A DNA stretch of 64,000 nucleotides from Gemmatimonadales bacterium. GTDB taxonomy: Bacteria > Gemmatimonadota > Gemmatimonadetes > Gemmatimonadales > GWC2-71-9. Location of the stretch: assembly GCA_035712285.1 (NCBI GenBank), contig DASTBA010000105.1:2927-66926 (forward strand). The letters run 5' to 3'. How positions within the stretch are numbered: the stretch's first letter is position 1; the number at the start of each line of letters is the position of its first letter. The position numbers and the translations under genes are program-made. Under the pieces are notes generated by a model. That model had not been told where the DNA came from. It did no database searches and saw only the letters and a program-made list of their open reading frames with translations. Below, in pieces: positions 17,495-28,244 of the stretch.

Positions 17495-19071
17495 ATCCGG
17501 CGCTGCTCCTTCCGGTCGCCATCGGCATCGGCGCGGGCATCGCCATCGCCTTCCTGGGCATTGCGCTGTACGTGGGCCGCCAGCGGCGCAGCGCGGGAGG
17601 GATCGTGAACCAGGCCACCGCCGAGGCGGTCCGCACGCGGGACGCCGCCACGCGGGATGCCGAACGGGTGCGCTCGGAGGCGTCGCTCGCCGCCAAGGCG
17701 GAAGCGCTGAAGGTGCGGGAGGAGGTCGAGAAGGAACTCGGCCGCCGGCGTGACGAGTTCGAGCGGATGGAACGGCGGATCGAGAGCCGGGGGCGCGATC
17801 TCGACCAGAAGGTCGAGGAGATCCGCACGCGCGAGCGGGAGTTCGGCCGCAAGGAGGAGACGCTCTCCCAGCGCGAGGAACAGATCCGGGAGCGGGCGTC
17901 GGGCATCGACCGCCTCGAGGAGCAGCACCGCCAGCGGCTCGAGCGGGTGGCCGGCCTCACCGCTGACGAGGCGCGCCGCGAGATCATGCAGAAGGTGGAG
18001 GACGAGGCGCGGGGCCAGGCGAGCGCGCTCGCCCGGGACATCAAGGAGCAGGCGCGCCGGAGCGCCGATCGCGAGGCCCGCCGGATCATCGCCATGTCGG
18101 TGCAGCGGCTGGCGGCGGAGACCACGTCCGAGACGACGGTCAGCGCGGTGACGCTCCCCAGCGATGAAATGAAGGGCCGCATCATCGGGCGCGAGGGGCG
18201 CAACATCCGCGCCTTCGAGACCGCCACCGGGGTGGACGTCATCATTGACGACACGCCGGACACCGTGGTGATCTCCTGCTTCGATCCGATCCGCCGCGAA
18301 GTCGCCCGCCGCTCGCTGGAACAGCTGATCCAGGACGGGCGCATCCACCCGGGGCGGATCGAGGAGCTGGTGGCCAAGACCCGCCGCGAGCTGGAAGCCC
18401 AGCTGGTGGAGCTGGGAGAACAGGCGGCGTTCGAGACCGGCATCAACGGGCTCCATCCCGAGATGATCAAGCTGGTCGGCCGGATGCGGTACCGCACCTC
18501 CTACGGGCAGAATATCCTCGAGCACTCGAAGGAAGTGGCGTGGCTCGCCGGGATGATGGCCGCCGAGCTCAAGCTCGACGTCGGCCTCGCCAAGCGGGGC
18601 GGCCTGCTGCACGATGTCGGCAAGGTGCTCACCCACGAGAACGAGGGCACCCATGTGCAGCTCGGCGTGGAGGTGGCGCGGCGCTACGGCGAGAGCGAGC
18701 CGGTCATCAACTGCATCGAGGCGCATCACGACGACGTGCCGCACGATTCGGCGGAATCGGTGCTGGTGCAGGCAGCGGACGCGATCAGCGGGGCCCGGCC
18801 CGGGGCGCGGCGCGAGGCGTTCGAGACCTACGTGAAGCGGCTGACCCGGCTGGAGGAGATCGCCAGCGACTTCCAGGGCGTGGAGAAGGCGAACGTCATC
18901 CAGGCCGGCCGCGAAGTGCGCGTGATCGTGACGCCGGAGCGGGTGGACGATGCCGGCGCGGTGCAGCTCTCCGAGGCGATCGCCCGGCGGATCGAGGGCG
19001 AACTCCAGTATCCGGGGCAGATCCGCGTGGTGGTGATTCGCGAGACCCGCGCGGTAGGCCTGGCGAAGTGA
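17491..19071 (+). CDS. rny: Ribonuclease Y
   Basis: An N-terminal TM helix and a long charged coiled coil are followed by a KH domain ([12 protein letters not shown]) and an HD domain (LLHDVGK...IEAHHDD). 526 aa. Confidence 0.93.
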   Translation: MNPALLLPVAIGIGAGIAIAFLGIALYVGRQRRSAGGIVNQATAEAVRTRDAATRDAERVRSEASLAAKAEALKVREEVEKELGRRRDEFERMERRIESRGRDLDQKVEEIRTREREFGRKEETLSQREEQIRERASGIDRLEEQHRQRLERVAGLTADEARREIMQKVEDEARGQASALARDIKEQARRSADREARRIIAMSVQRLAAETTSETTVSAVTLPSDEMKGRIIGREGRNIRAFETATGVDVIIDDTPDTVVISCFDPIRREVARRSLEQLIQDGRIHPGRIEELVAKTRRELEAQLVELGEQAAFETGINGLHPEMIKLVGRMRYRTSYGQNILEHSKEVAWLAGMMAAELKLDVGLAKRGGLLHDVGKVLTHENEGTHVQLGVEVARRYGESEPVINCIEAHHDDVPHDSAESVLVQAADAISGARPGARREAFETYVKRLTRLEEIASDFQGVEKANVIQAGREVRVIVTPERVDDAGAVQLSEAIARRIEGELQYPGQIRVVVIRETRAVGLAK

Positions 19072-19949
19072 CCGCCCGCATCCTGGACGGCGCGGCCCTG
19101 GCCCAGGCCATCCGCACCGAGGTGGCCCAGGACGTGGTCCGGCTGGCCGCCACCGGGCGCACGCCGGGACTCGCCGTCGTGATCGTGGGCGAGGATCCGG
19201 CGTCCCAGGTGTACGTGCGCGCCAAGGGCAAGGCCTGCGTCGAGGCCGGCATGCAGTCGGAGACGCTCACCATGCCGGCCAGCACCGGCCAGGCCGATCT
19301 GCTGGCCATCGTGGACCGGCTCAACGCCGATCCGGCGGTGCACGGCATCCTGGTGCAGCTGCCGCTGCCGAAGGGACTCGACGAACGCGAGGTTCTCCTC
19401 CGGATCGATCCCCGCAAGGACGTGGACGGGTTCCATCCGGTGAACGTCGGCAAGGTGGCGATCGGCGATCCCACCGGTTTCCGGCCCTGCACGCCGTACG
19501 GGGTGCAGGAGATCCTGGTGCGCGAGGGGATTACCACCAGTGGCGCCCATGCGGTGATCCTCGGGCGGTCCAACATCGTCGGGCGCCCGATGGCTTCGCT
19601 GCTGCTCGGCACCGGCCCGGGCGGTGACGCCACCGTCACGGTCTGCCACTCGCGGACCCGGGATCTGCCGGCGATCACGCGCATGGCGGACATCCTGGTC
19701 GTTGCCATCGGCCGCCCGGAGTTCGTGACGGCGGACCTCGTCAAGCCGGGCGCCACGGTGATTGACGTCGGCATCAACCGGGTGAACGATCCCGCGGCGG
19801 CGCGCGGGTACCGCCTGGCTGGCGATGTGGCGTTCACCGACGTCTCGCGCGTGGCCGGCGCCATCACGCCGGTGCCGGGTGGGGTCGGCAAGATGACCAT
19901 CGCCATGCTCCTCAGGAACACGGTACAGGCCTGCCGCCAGCTGGCCTAG
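19068..19949 (+). CDS. folD: Bifunctional methylenetetrahydrofolate dehydrogenase/cyclohydrolase
   Basis: [35 protein letters not shown] and [15 protein letters not shown] 19068 overlaps the rny stop (GTGA). Confidence 0.92.
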   Translation: MTARILDGAALAQAIRTEVAQDVVRLAATGRTPGLAVVIVGEDPASQVYVRAKGKACVEAGMQSETLTMPASTGQADLLAIVDRLNADPAVHGILVQLPLPKGLDEREVLLRIDPRKDVDGFHPVNVGKVAIGDPTGFRPCTPYGVQEILVREGITTSGAHAVILGRSNIVGRPMASLLLGTGPGGDATVTVCHSRTRDLPAITRMADILVVAIGRPEFVTADLVKPGATVIDVGINRVNDPAAARGYRLAGDVAFTDVSRVAGAITPVPGGVGKMTIAMLLRNTVQACRQLA

Positions 19950-19968
19950 GCTCCCTTCCGACGGGTTC

Positions 19969-21129
19969 GTGACGCTCTCGCTCCAGTTCGACAGTTCGGC
20001 GCCCTCCGGTGACGTCGTCAGCGTCTCCGACGTGACCGGTGCGATCGCCCGCCTCATCCAGTCACAGAGCCGGGAGGTCTGGGTCCGGGGCGAGGTCGCC
20101 GAATACAAGGTGTACGGCAGCGGGCACCACTACTTCACCCTGCGTGACAGCCGGGCGCAGATGCGCTGCACCATCTGGCGCCAGCATGCGCACCGGATCA
20201 CGGCGCCGGCCATCGGCACCGAGGTGTTCGTCTTCGGGCGCCCGGCGTTCTGGGACGAGAAGGGCGAATTCCGCTTCAGCGTCACGCAGCTGGTGCCGAC
20301 GTCGGCGGTCGGCGCCGCGCAGCGGGAACTCGAGCGGGTGCGGGCGCTGCTGCAGGCGGAGGGGCTGCTGGACCCCGCCCGCAAGCGGCCACTGCCGGCG
20401 CTGCCATCCGCCATCGCGGTGGTGACGAGCAAGGACGGTGCGGCACTCCGTGACATCGTGACGGTCACCCGGCGCCGCTGGCCGTCGGTGCAGCTGCTGG
20501 TGGTGGGCGCGCGGGTACAGGGTGAAGGCGCGCCGGAGACGATTGCCCGGGCGCTTCAGCTGGTCAATCGCCTGCCGGAGGCGGATCTCTGCATCGTGGC
20601 GCGCGGCGGGGGCGCGCGGGACGACCTCGCCGCGTTCAACACCGAACTGGTCTGCCGCGCCCTCGCCGCGGTGCGGGTGCCGACCATCTCCGCCGTGGGC
20701 CACGAGACCGACATCTCGCTCACCGACTTCGTGGCCGATGCCCGCGCCGCCACGCCCTCGGCGGCGGCGGAGACTGCCGTCCCCGACCGGCGTGCGGTGC
20801 AGCGTTCGGTGGAGGACCTCGCGGGCCGGATGGCCCAGGGACTGGTGCGGCGGACACGCCTGGCGGATGAACGCCTGGGACGCTTCTCCGATCGTGTGGC
20901 CAGTGCCATGGAGCAGATGCTGGTGCGGAGGCGGCACGCCGTGGAGCGGCTGGCGGCCCAGCTCGACGCGCTGAGCCCGCTCCGGGTGCTGGAGCGCGGC
21001 TTCTCCATGGCGACCGATGCCGAGGGCCGCGTGCTGCGCCGGCTCGCCGACTTTCCGGCGGGCCGCGCCTTCCAGTTGCGGGTATCGGACGGCCAGGTGA
21101 CCGCGCGGGTGGAACAGGAGACAGCATGA
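19969..21129 (+). CDS. xseA: Exodeoxyribonuclease VII large subunit
   Basis: The N-terminal OB-fold context (VWVRGEVAEYKVYGSGHHYFTLRD) and catalytic region (VARGGGARDDLAAFN, ISAVGHETD) are present. Followed by xseB. Confidence 0.9.
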   Translation: MTLSLQFDSSAPSGDVVSVSDVTGAIARLIQSQSREVWVRGEVAEYKVYGSGHHYFTLRDSRAQMRCTIWRQHAHRITAPAIGTEVFVFGRPAFWDEKGEFRFSVTQLVPTSAVGAAQRELERVRALLQAEGLLDPARKRPLPALPSAIAVVTSKDGAALRDIVTVTRRRWPSVQLLVVGARVQGEGAPETIARALQLVNRLPEADLCIVARGGGARDDLAAFNTELVCRALAAVRVPTISAVGHETDISLTDFVADARAATPSAAAETAVPDRRAVQRSVEDLAGRMAQGLVRRTRLADERLGRFSDRVASAMEQMLVRRRHAVERLAAQLDALSPLRVLERGFSMATDAEGRVLRRLADFPAGRAFQLRVSDGQVTARVEQETA

Positions 21130-21365
21130 GCAAGGGCAAGGCAACGGCGACGCCAACGCTCGCCGAGGAATTGGAGCGGCTCGAAGCGCTGGTGCGCCGC
21201 CTCGAGCAGGATGACACCGATCTCGACGAGGCACTGGTGCTCTTCGAGGAAGGGGTCCGGCGCCTGCGCACCGCGCGCGAGCGGCTGGCCGGCGCCGAGG
21301 CGCGCGTGAAGCAGGTGCTGGAGCAGGCGGACGGCGACCTCGGGGTGGAGAATCTCGACGTCTGA
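21126..21365 (+). CDS. xseB: Exodeoxyribonuclease VII small subunit
   Basis: 79 aa, LEELERLEALVRRLEQDDTDLDEALVLFEEGVRRLR. ATGA overlap with xseA. Confidence 0.9.
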   Translation: MSKGKATATPTLAEELERLEALVRRLEQDDTDLDEALVLFEEGVRRLRTARERLAGAEARVKQVLEQADGDLGVENLDV

Positions 21366-21408
21366 GGCGGCGCACGCCGCCGACCTGCTCGACGAGACGC
21401 GCCAGCGC

Positions 21409-22263
21409 GTGGACGCCCGTCTCGCGTGGTGGGCAGGGCAGCTGCGCGCCCGGCGGGGCGATGCGGTCGGCGATGCCATGGCCTACGCGATCGCCAGTCC
21501 GGGCAAGCGGGTACGCGCCGCGCTGGTGCGCGCGGCTCACCATGCGGCCGGCGGCACCGGCGAGGCCATTGACGAAGTCGCGGCGGCGGTGGAGATCGTG
21601 CACGCCTACTCGCTCGTCCATGACGATCTGCCGTGCATGGACAACGACGACCTGCGCCGCGGCCGCCCCACCACGCATCGCGCCTTCAGCGTGCCGGTGG
21701 CCACCCGGGCCGGATACCTCATGGTGCCGGTGGCCGTGGAAGTGCTGGCCGCGTCGGCGGCCGGGCTGGGCCTGACCGATGAACAGCTGGGCCGGATGGC
21801 GGCGACGCTGCTCGCCGCGAGTGGTGTCGAAGGGATGGTGGGCGGCCAGTGGCTCGACCTGGAGGCGGAGCAGCGACAGCTGGAACTGCCGGCGCTCGTC
21901 GCCGTTCACAGCGGCAAGACCGGGGCGCTGATCCGCGCCGCCTGTACGCTGGGCGGCATGGCGGCCGGGGCGGCGGAACCGGTCGCGGCGGCGCTCGCCG
22001 AGTTCGGCACCCAGATCGGCCTCGCGTTCCAGGTGGCGGACGACGTGCTCGATTCCACCTCGTCGAGCGCCGTCCTGGGCAAGACCGCCGGGCTCGACCG
22101 GGTGAGGCAGAAGTCCACCTATGTCAGCGTCCTCGGAGTGGACGGGGCCCGGCGGGAAGCCCGGCGACTGGCGGATCGGGCGGTGACAGCCCTGGAGGCG
22201 GCCCGCCTGGCGGACAGCGCCCTCGTCTCCCTCGCCCGCTATATTGTTGAACGGACTTCCTGA
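21409..22263 (+). CDS. ispA: Farnesyl/geranyl diphosphate synthase (polyprenyl synthetase)
   Basis: First Asp-rich motif LVHDDLPCMDNDDLRRGRPT and second Asp-rich motif FQVADDVLD. The xseB-ispA-dxs order matches E. coli. GTG 21409 is the first canonical start in the open frame. Confidence 0.88.
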   Translation: MDARLAWWAGQLRARRGDAVGDAMAYAIASPGKRVRAALVRAAHHAAGGTGEAIDEVAAAVEIVHAYSLVHDDLPCMDNDDLRRGRPTTHRAFSVPVATRAGYLMVPVAVEVLAASAAGLGLTDEQLGRMAATLLAASGVEGMVGGQWLDLEAEQRQLELPALVAVHSGKTGALIRAACTLGGMAAGAAEPVAAALAEFGTQIGLAFQVADDVLDSTSSSAVLGKTAGLDRVRQKSTYVSVLGVDGARREARRLADRAVTALEAARLADSALVSLARYIVERTS

Positions 22264-22281
22264 CTTTCCAAGGACTGCCGC

Positions 22282-24177
22282 ATGAGTCTGCTTGAAGGCA
22301 TTGCCGGGCCGGAGGATGTCCGGAAACTCCGGCCTGACCAGCTGCCCCAGCTCGCGGAGGAGATCCGCGAGCGGCTCATCCAGTGCTGCGCCCTCACCGG
22401 CGGCCACATCGGCGCGAGCCTCGGCGTCGTGGAGCTGGTTATCGCGCTGCTGCACGAGTTCGACGAGCCGAACGACCGCATCGTGTGGGACGTGGGCCAC
22501 CAGGCCTATGCCTGGAAGCTCCTTACCGGCCGCAATGACGCCTTCCCCACGCTGCGCCAGAGCGGCGGCATCTCCGGTTTCCTCAAGCGCACCGAGAGCG
22601 CCTGCGACCACTTCGGCGCCGGCCATGCCGGCACCGCCGTCAGCGCGGCGCTCGGCATGGCCACCGCACGGGACCTGCAGGGCGGGGCCTACAAGGTGGC
22701 GGCGGTGCTGGGAGACGGGGCCCTCACCTGCGGGCTCTCGTACGAGGGGCTCAACAACGCCGGGCATTCGGATCGCGACATCATCGTGATCCTGAATGAC
22801 AACGGCATGTCCATCTCGCCCAACGTCGGTGCGGTGAGCAAGATGCTGGGGCGGATCGTATCCAACCCCCGCACCAACGCGCTGCGCGAGACGGTCAAGA
22901 ACCTCACCTTCAAGCTGGGCGACGTGTTCGGCGAGCGGGTGGTGGACTTTGCCCGGAACGTCGAGGAGAGCGTCAAGAATCTCTGGTCGCCGGGCATGCT
23001 CTTCGAGGAACTCGGGTTCCGCTACTTCGGGCCGGTGGACGGGCATGACGTGGGCAAGCTGTGCGAGACGCTCGCCTTCGTGCGGCGGATGAAGGGGCCG
23101 CGGCTCGTGCATGTGCTCACCCAGAAGGGCAAGGGTTTTTCCTTCGCCGAGGCCAATCAGGAGAAGTGGCACGGCCTGGCCGCGTACGATCCGGAAACCG
23201 GCGAGGCCCGGAAGAAGGCGAGCGGCCCGCCGGCCTGGACCCAGGCCTTCGGCGAGGCCCTGTCGGCGCTGGCCAATGAACACCCCGAGCTGGTCGCCAT
23301 CACGGCGGCCATGCCGTCCGGCAGCGGCACGAACATCTTCGAGCGCGCGCATCCCGATCGCTTCTTCGATGTCGGGATCGCGGAGGGGCACGCGGTGACC
23401 TTTGCCGCGGGCCTCGCCACCGCGGGAGTGCGGCCGGTCTGCGCGATCTACAGCACCTTCCTCCAGCGCGCCTACGACAACATCATCCACGACGTGGCGA
23501 TCCAGAAGCTGCCGGTCATGTTCTGCATGGACCGCGCCGGCCTCGTGGGTGAGGACGGCCAGACCCACATGGGGCTTTACGACATCGCCTACATGCTGGC
23601 GGTGCCGGAGATGACGGTGACGGCGCCGAAGGACGCGGACGAACTCGTGGGCCTCCTCCGGGCCGGCCTGGCGCATGACGGCCCGTTCTGCACCCGCTAT
23701 CCCCGGGACAAGGCACCCGCCGAGCCGCGGCCCGTGAGCCAGATTCCGGCCGTGCCGTACGGCACCTGGGAGATGCTGCGCGAGGGGCGGGAGGTGGCGC
23801 TGCTCGCCGTGGGCACCATGGTGCTCCCGGCGGTGGAGGCCGCCGAGCACCTGGCTGCCGAGGGATTCGACTGCACCGTGGTGAACTGCCGGTTCCTCAA
23901 GCCGCTGGACAGCGCCATGCTGGAGTCGGTGGTGCGCTCGCATCGCACGATCGTCACGATCGAGGAAGGCACCATCGTGAACGGCTTCGGCGCCCACCTG
24001 GCCGAGCGCCTGCAGACCACCAATCCGGACGTGCGCGTGGTGGCGCTCGGCGTGCCTGACCGCCTCATGGAGCAGGCGCCCCGGGCGGACCAGCTGGCCG
24101 CCTTCGGACTCACGGCGGACGGCATCGCCCGGCGGGTCTCGGCGCTGGCGCACGAGGAGTCCCTCGAGCCGCGATGA
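22282..24177 (+). CDS. dxs: 1-deoxy-D-xylulose-5-phosphate synthase
   Basis: GGHIGASLGVVEL, GDGALTCGLSYEGLNNAG and FDVGIAEGHAVTFAAGLA. 631 aa. Confidence 0.95.
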   Translation: MSLLEGIAGPEDVRKLRPDQLPQLAEEIRERLIQCCALTGGHIGASLGVVELVIALLHEFDEPNDRIVWDVGHQAYAWKLLTGRNDAFPTLRQSGGISGFLKRTESACDHFGAGHAGTAVSAALGMATARDLQGGAYKVAAVLGDGALTCGLSYEGLNNAGHSDRDIIVILNDNGMSISPNVGAVSKMLGRIVSNPRTNALRETVKNLTFKLGDVFGERVVDFARNVEESVKNLWSPGMLFEELGFRYFGPVDGHDVGKLCETLAFVRRMKGPRLVHVLTQKGKGFSFAEANQEKWHGLAAYDPETGEARKKASGPPAWTQAFGEALSALANEHPELVAITAAMPSGSGTNIFERAHPDRFFDVGIAEGHAVTFAAGLATAGVRPVCAIYSTFLQRAYDNIIHDVAIQKLPVMFCMDRAGLVGEDGQTHMGLYDIAYMLAVPEMTVTAPKDADELVGLLRAGLAHDGPFCTRYPRDKAPAEPRPVSQIPAVPYGTWEMLREGREVALLAVGTMVLPAVEAAEHLAAEGFDCTVVNCRFLKPLDSAMLESVVRSHRTIVTIEEGTIVNGFGAHLAERLQTTNPDVRVVALGVPDRLMEQAPRADQLAAFGLTADGIARRVSALAHEESLEPR

Positions 24178-25043
24178 GGGTCGGCGTCGTCGGCAATCCG
24201 CGCTACGCGGATCTCGCGGCCGTGCTGGCACACCTGGCGCGTGAAGCCCCCGCCCGGGGGCTTTCGCTTTCCGCGGAGCCGCGGCTCGACCCGTTCTGGC
24301 CGGCTCCGGTACCGCACTTCGATCCGCACCGGCTGGACGCACTGCTCACCTTCGGTGGCGATGGTACCCTGCTCCGGGGCGCGCGCCTGCTGGACGGTGC
24401 CGAGGTCCCTATTCTCGGCGTCAATCTCGGGCGCGTCGGTTTCCTCACGGCGGCACGCCGGGAGACGATGGTGGAGGCGCTCGATGCCCTCACCGCGGGC
24501 CAGTACTCCCTCGATGCACTCCAGGCCCTTGCGGCCACCATCACCGCGGGTGACGGCAAGGTGGTGAGCGAGCGCCGGGCGCTGAACGACGTGGTGCTGC
24601 ACAAGAGCGGGGTCGCCCGGGTCGTGCGGATGAATGTCTTCATTGACGGCGTCAACGTCGGGCCCTACAGCGCGGACGGGCTGATCGTGGCCACTCCCAC
24701 CGGCTCCACCGCCTACTCGCTGAGTGCGGGCGGCCCGGTGGTCGTGCAGGGAGTGGAAGCCATGCTGCTGACGCCGATCTGCGCCCACACCCTCGCGGTG
24801 CGGCCGCTGATCGTGCGGGCGACGTCCATCATCGAGGTCGAGCCGATGGAGGAGTGGGCGGAGGACGTGCTGGTCTCCTTCGACGGCCAGACCGGCTCGC
24901 CCCTCGGCGTCGGCGGACGGGTGACCGTCCGCCGGGCGGAGCATCGCGTGCGGCTGGTCCGGCTGGGCGGAGCATCCTGGCTCTCCCGCATGCGCGACAA
25001 GCTGCACTGGGGCGATCTCTCGGGACGGGAACCGGGCGCGTGA
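24174..25043 (+). CDS. nadK: NAD kinase
   Basis: LLTFGGDGTLLRGAR, NLGRVGFLT and PTGSTAYSLSAGGP. ATGA overlap with dxs. Confidence 0.92.
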   Translation: MRVGVVGNPRYADLAAVLAHLAREAPARGLSLSAEPRLDPFWPAPVPHFDPHRLDALLTFGGDGTLLRGARLLDGAEVPILGVNLGRVGFLTAARRETMVEALDALTAGQYSLDALQALAATITAGDGKVVSERRALNDVVLHKSGVARVVRMNVFIDGVNVGPYSADGLIVATPTGSTAYSLSAGGPVVVQGVEAMLLTPICAHTLAVRPLIVRATSIIEVEPMEEWAEDVLVSFDGQTGSPLGVGGRVTVRRAEHRVRLVRLGGASWLSRMRDKLHWGDLSGREPGA

Positions 25044-26716
25044 TCAGCGAGCTCCGGGTGCGGGATCTCGCCACCGTGGCCGATGCGACGCTGGAACTGG
25101 GCGCCGGCCTCAACGTGCTCACCGGCGAAACCGGCGCCGGGAAGTCCATGCTGGTGGATGCCCTGGCGCTCCTGCTGGGTGGGCGTGCGGACGCCGGTAC
25201 CGTGCGCGCCGGCGCCGCCAAGGCGGTGGTGGAGGGCGCCTTCGACGGCGCCACCCCCGAGCTCGCGCGGCAGACCGAGGCGCTCGGTCTCGATCTCGAG
25301 GACGGCCGCCTCATTGTCCGGCGCGAGGTGTCCGCCGAGGGCCGCTCGCGCGCGTGGATGAACGGAAGCCCGGTGACGGCGGGGACGCTGCGCGAGGTCG
25401 GCTCGTTGCTGGTGGACCTCCACGGACAGCACGAGACGCAGTCGCTGCTGGGCGGTGACGCGCAACGCGACATGCTGGACGATTATGCCGGCGCGACGGC
25501 AGAAGCCGGAGCCGTGCGGGAGACGCATGCGATGGCGGCGGAGCTGCGCGCCTCGGAGGCCGACCTCGCCCGCCGCCGGGACGAGATCCGCCGCCGTGCC
25601 GACTACCTGCGCCACGTGGTGAACGAGATTGACGCGGCACGCATCGCGGCGGGCGAGGATGAGGCGCTGACGACCGAAGCCCGGCGCCTTTCCCAGGCCG
25701 GTGCGATCCGGGAGACTGCGCTCCGCATCCTCGACATGGTGGACGAGGGCGAGGCGAGCGCCGCCCGGGCGCTGGGCTCGGCCGAGCGCGCACTGGGACA
25801 GCTCGAGCGGCTGGACCCGGCCACGGCTGCGTGGCGCGAGATTCTGGACGGTGCCTACGACCAGGTGCGCGAGTTTGCCCGGGTGGTGGGGGCGTACGCC
25901 GGCGAATTGCAGGAGGATCCGGCCCGGCTCGACGAGGTCGAGCGGCGCCGCGGGTTGCTCGGCGGGCTCCAGCAGAAGTACGGCGGCTCACTCGATGCCG
26001 TGCGGCAGACCCGCACCGAGGCGGCACTGGAACTCGACCTGCTGGACACGGCGGACGTGGATCTGCGCGCGCTCGCAGCCCGTCGCACCGCCGCCGACGC
26101 GGCCTTGCACGCCGCGGCGCAGGCACTCGGTGCCAGGAGGCGTTCCGCGGCCGAGCGCCTGGCCCGGGCGGCGAACCGCCTGCTCCCGAAGCTCGGCATG
26201 AAGGGCGGCCGGTTCTCGGTCCGGCTTGAAGACCTGCCGGAACCGAATGTTCACGGCGCCGAGTCGGTCGAGTTCATGGTTCAGCTGAACGAGGGCCACG
26301 AGGCACGTCCGCTCGCGCGCTCGGCGTCCGGTGGTGAGCTGTCGCGCCTCATGCTCGCACTCAAGGTGGTGCTGGGCCGGCAGGATCACATCCCGACGCT
26401 GGTATTCGATGAAGTGGACCAGGGCATCGGCGGCGAGGTGGGTGCGCAGATCGGCGCGGCGCTGGCGGAGCTGGGCGCGGCGCGCCAGGTGCTGGTCATC
26501 ACCCACCTGCCGCAGATCGCGGCGCGCGCCGACCGGCATCTGGTGGTCAGCAAGGCCTCGCGGGGCGGGATGGCCACCAGCGATGTCACGCGGCTGCACG
26601 GCGAGGACCGGGTCACCGAACTCGCCCGCATGCTGGGTGACGCCGACGGGCAGACGGCGCGCCGGCATGCCCAGACGCTGCTGGCGGAGCCGGGGTCGCT
26701 CACCCGCAAGTCGTGA
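25040..26716 (+). CDS. recN: DNA repair protein RecN
   Basis: Walker A LNVLTGETGAGKSML, a long coiled coil, the SMC signature SGGELSRLMLAL and Walker B LVFDEVDQGIGG. GTG 25040 overlaps the nadK stop. nadK-recN synteny is widespread. Confidence 0.93.
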   Translation: MISELRVRDLATVADATLELGAGLNVLTGETGAGKSMLVDALALLLGGRADAGTVRAGAAKAVVEGAFDGATPELARQTEALGLDLEDGRLIVRREVSAEGRSRAWMNGSPVTAGTLREVGSLLVDLHGQHETQSLLGGDAQRDMLDDYAGATAEAGAVRETHAMAAELRASEADLARRRDEIRRRADYLRHVVNEIDAARIAAGEDEALTTEARRLSQAGAIRETALRILDMVDEGEASAARALGSAERALGQLERLDPATAAWREILDGAYDQVREFARVVGAYAGELQEDPARLDEVERRRGLLGGLQQKYGGSLDAVRQTRTEAALELDLLDTADVDLRALAARRTAADAALHAAAQALGARRRSAAERLARAANRLLPKLGMKGGRFSVRLEDLPEPNVHGAESVEFMVQLNEGHEARPLARSASGGELSRLMLALKVVLGRQDHIPTLVFDEVDQGIGGEVGAQIGAALAELGAARQVLVITHLPQIAARADRHLVVSKASRGGMATSDVTRLHGEDRVTELARMLGDADGQTARRHAQTLLAEPGSLTRKS

Positions 26717-27849
26717 ACAATCCGGCCGCCGAGCTCTTTCGGCAGACATGGTCAGGCGAGCCGGAGGTCGCGGCCTCCGCCCCCGGCCGGGCCAATCTCA
26801 TCGGCGAACACACCGACTACAACGGCGGCCCGGTACTGCCCATGGCCCTGGAGCAACGCACCTGGATGGCGGTGCGGGGCAGGCATGGTGGCGGATGGCG
26901 GGCCGTGTCCGTGCTCGATGGGCGCATCCGGCGGTTCGATCCCGCCGCGCGCATGCCGGCATCGTGGACGGCATACCTCGCGGGCGCGGCGCGCGCGCTC
27001 ATGGCGCGGGGAGCGGTGCTGCCGGCCGGGGCGGAGATCGCGGTGGCGGGCGACGTTCCCGTCGGTGCGGGGCTCTCGAGTTCGGCGGCGCTCACGGTGG
27101 CCGGCGTGCGGGCACTCGCGGCGCTCGCCGGCATATCGCTGTCACGCGAGGCCGCGGTCGATCTCGCATGGTCGGCGGAGCATGACCATGTCGGGGTGGC
27201 GTGCGGCCGCATGGACCAGTCCATCGCGGTCTGGGCGCGCCGGAATCACGCACTGCTGCTGGAGACCGGCAGCGGTGCCCGGCGCCAGGTGCCATTCGCG
27301 CGCTGCATACTCCTGATCGACACCGGACGCGCACATCGGCTGGCCGGGGGCCACCTCAACCGGCGGCGGGCGGAGTGCGAGTCGGCGCTGGCGCGCCTGC
27401 GGCTGGTGAGGCCGGAGCTTGCCTCGCTTGCGGCGATCTCCCTCGGCGAACTCGATCGTCTCGTTCGCGGTCTTCCCGCTGCACTGGCGCGACGGGTTCG
27501 CCACGTGGTGACCGAGACGGCTCGCACGCGCGAGGCGGCGGCCGCACTCTCCGCTGGTCGGTACGCTGCGGCCGGGCGCCTGCTGGTCGCGGGCCACGCC
27601 TCACTGCGTGACGACTACGAGTCGAGCTGCATCGAGGCGGACTGGCTTGTGGGAGAAGCGGTGGAGCAGGGCGCGTGGGGCGCCCGGCTCACCGGTGCCG
27701 GCTGGGGCGGCACCGTGGTGGTCCTGGCACCGGAACGTTCGATCGGTGCGCTGCAGGCAGCGATCGGAAACAGATTCCGGCGCCGTTTCGGGCGCGTACC
27801 GCGCATGTGGCGCTCGCGCGCCGGCACGGCCGCCCGCCTGGAGCGCTGA
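26713..27849 (+). CDS. galK: Galactokinase (GHMP kinase)
   Basis: The galactokinase signature PGRANLIGEHTDYNGGPVLPMAL and the GHMP motif VPVGAGLSSSAAL. GTGA overlap with recN. Confidence 0.85.
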   Translation: MNNPAAELFRQTWSGEPEVAASAPGRANLIGEHTDYNGGPVLPMALEQRTWMAVRGRHGGGWRAVSVLDGRIRRFDPAARMPASWTAYLAGAARALMARGAVLPAGAEIAVAGDVPVGAGLSSSAALTVAGVRALAALAGISLSREAAVDLAWSAEHDHVGVACGRMDQSIAVWARRNHALLLETGSGARRQVPFARCILLIDTGRAHRLAGGHLNRRRAECESALARLRLVRPELASLAAISLGELDRLVRGLPAALARRVRHVVTETARTREAAAALSAGRYAAAGRLLVAGHASLRDDYESSCIEADWLVGEAVEQGAWGARLTGAGWGGTVVVLAPERSIGALQAAIGNRFRRRFGRVPRMWRSRAGTAARLER

Positions 27850-27881
27850 ACTCCACTGGACCGTATATTGGGCGGATTCCG

Positions 27882-27965
27882 GCCCGGATGGCGAAACGGG
27901 TAGACGCGAGGGACTTAAAATCCCTCTCCCTTCGGGGAGTGCAGGTTCGAGTCCTGCTCCGGGCA
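27882..27965 (+). tRNA. tRNA-Leu, anticodon UAA
   Basis: The cloverleaf was folded by hand:
- acceptor stem GCCCGGA / TCCGGGC
- D arm GCG-AAACGGGTAGA-CGC
- anticodon stem AGGGA / TCCCT with loop CT-TAA-AA
- long variable arm CTCCC-TTCG-GGGAG
- T arm GCAGG-TTCGAGT-CCTGC
- discriminator A
CCA is not encoded. Confidence 0.9.
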
Positions 27966-28001
27966 TTCAATCTCGACGCGTCCCACTGCCACGAGGTGGC
28001 C

Positions 28002-28244
28002 ATGGCGCATCCCCCACGCGAGGCACGGCTCAAGCCCGAATTCGCCGGCCAGTATCCCGGGCTTGCCGCCGGCGTCTGGCATCCGGCCGCCAGCATCGCT
28101 GCCTACCTGCTCACCCGCCAGCGTGCGCTGGGGCCGGCGGACCCGGCGGGCCGCCCGGCGCGAGCCATTCCCACCGAGCACTTCGAGTTCCGTGGCGGAT
28201 CACCGGGCCGGGACACAGGCCAGAGCCGGGCCGGCGACTCGTAG
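28002..28244 (+). CDS. Hypothetical small protein (80 aa)
   Basis: ATG 28002 is the first start after the tRNA in track ORF 27675-28244. Third-position GC looks coding-like. I recognise no motif. Its stop is only 6 nt from the convergent otsAB stop. Confidence 0.35.
   Translation: MAHPPREARLKPEFAGQYPGLAAGVWHPAASIAAYLLTRQRALGPADPAGRPARAIPTEHFEFRGGSPGRDTGQSRAGDS

Noticed and set aside
20062-24342. A 1426-aa antisense ORF spanning xseA, xseB, ispA, dxs and the start of nadK.
   Set aside because: Its codons are the exact reverse complements of the sense codons of xseA, ispA and dxs (same codon phase). Stops would therefore arise only from the sense codons TTA, CTA and TCA, which are very rare at this GC content. 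The sense strand carries unambiguous conserved genes, and the translated antisense product is low-complexity (Arg/Gly/Pro/Ala-rich).
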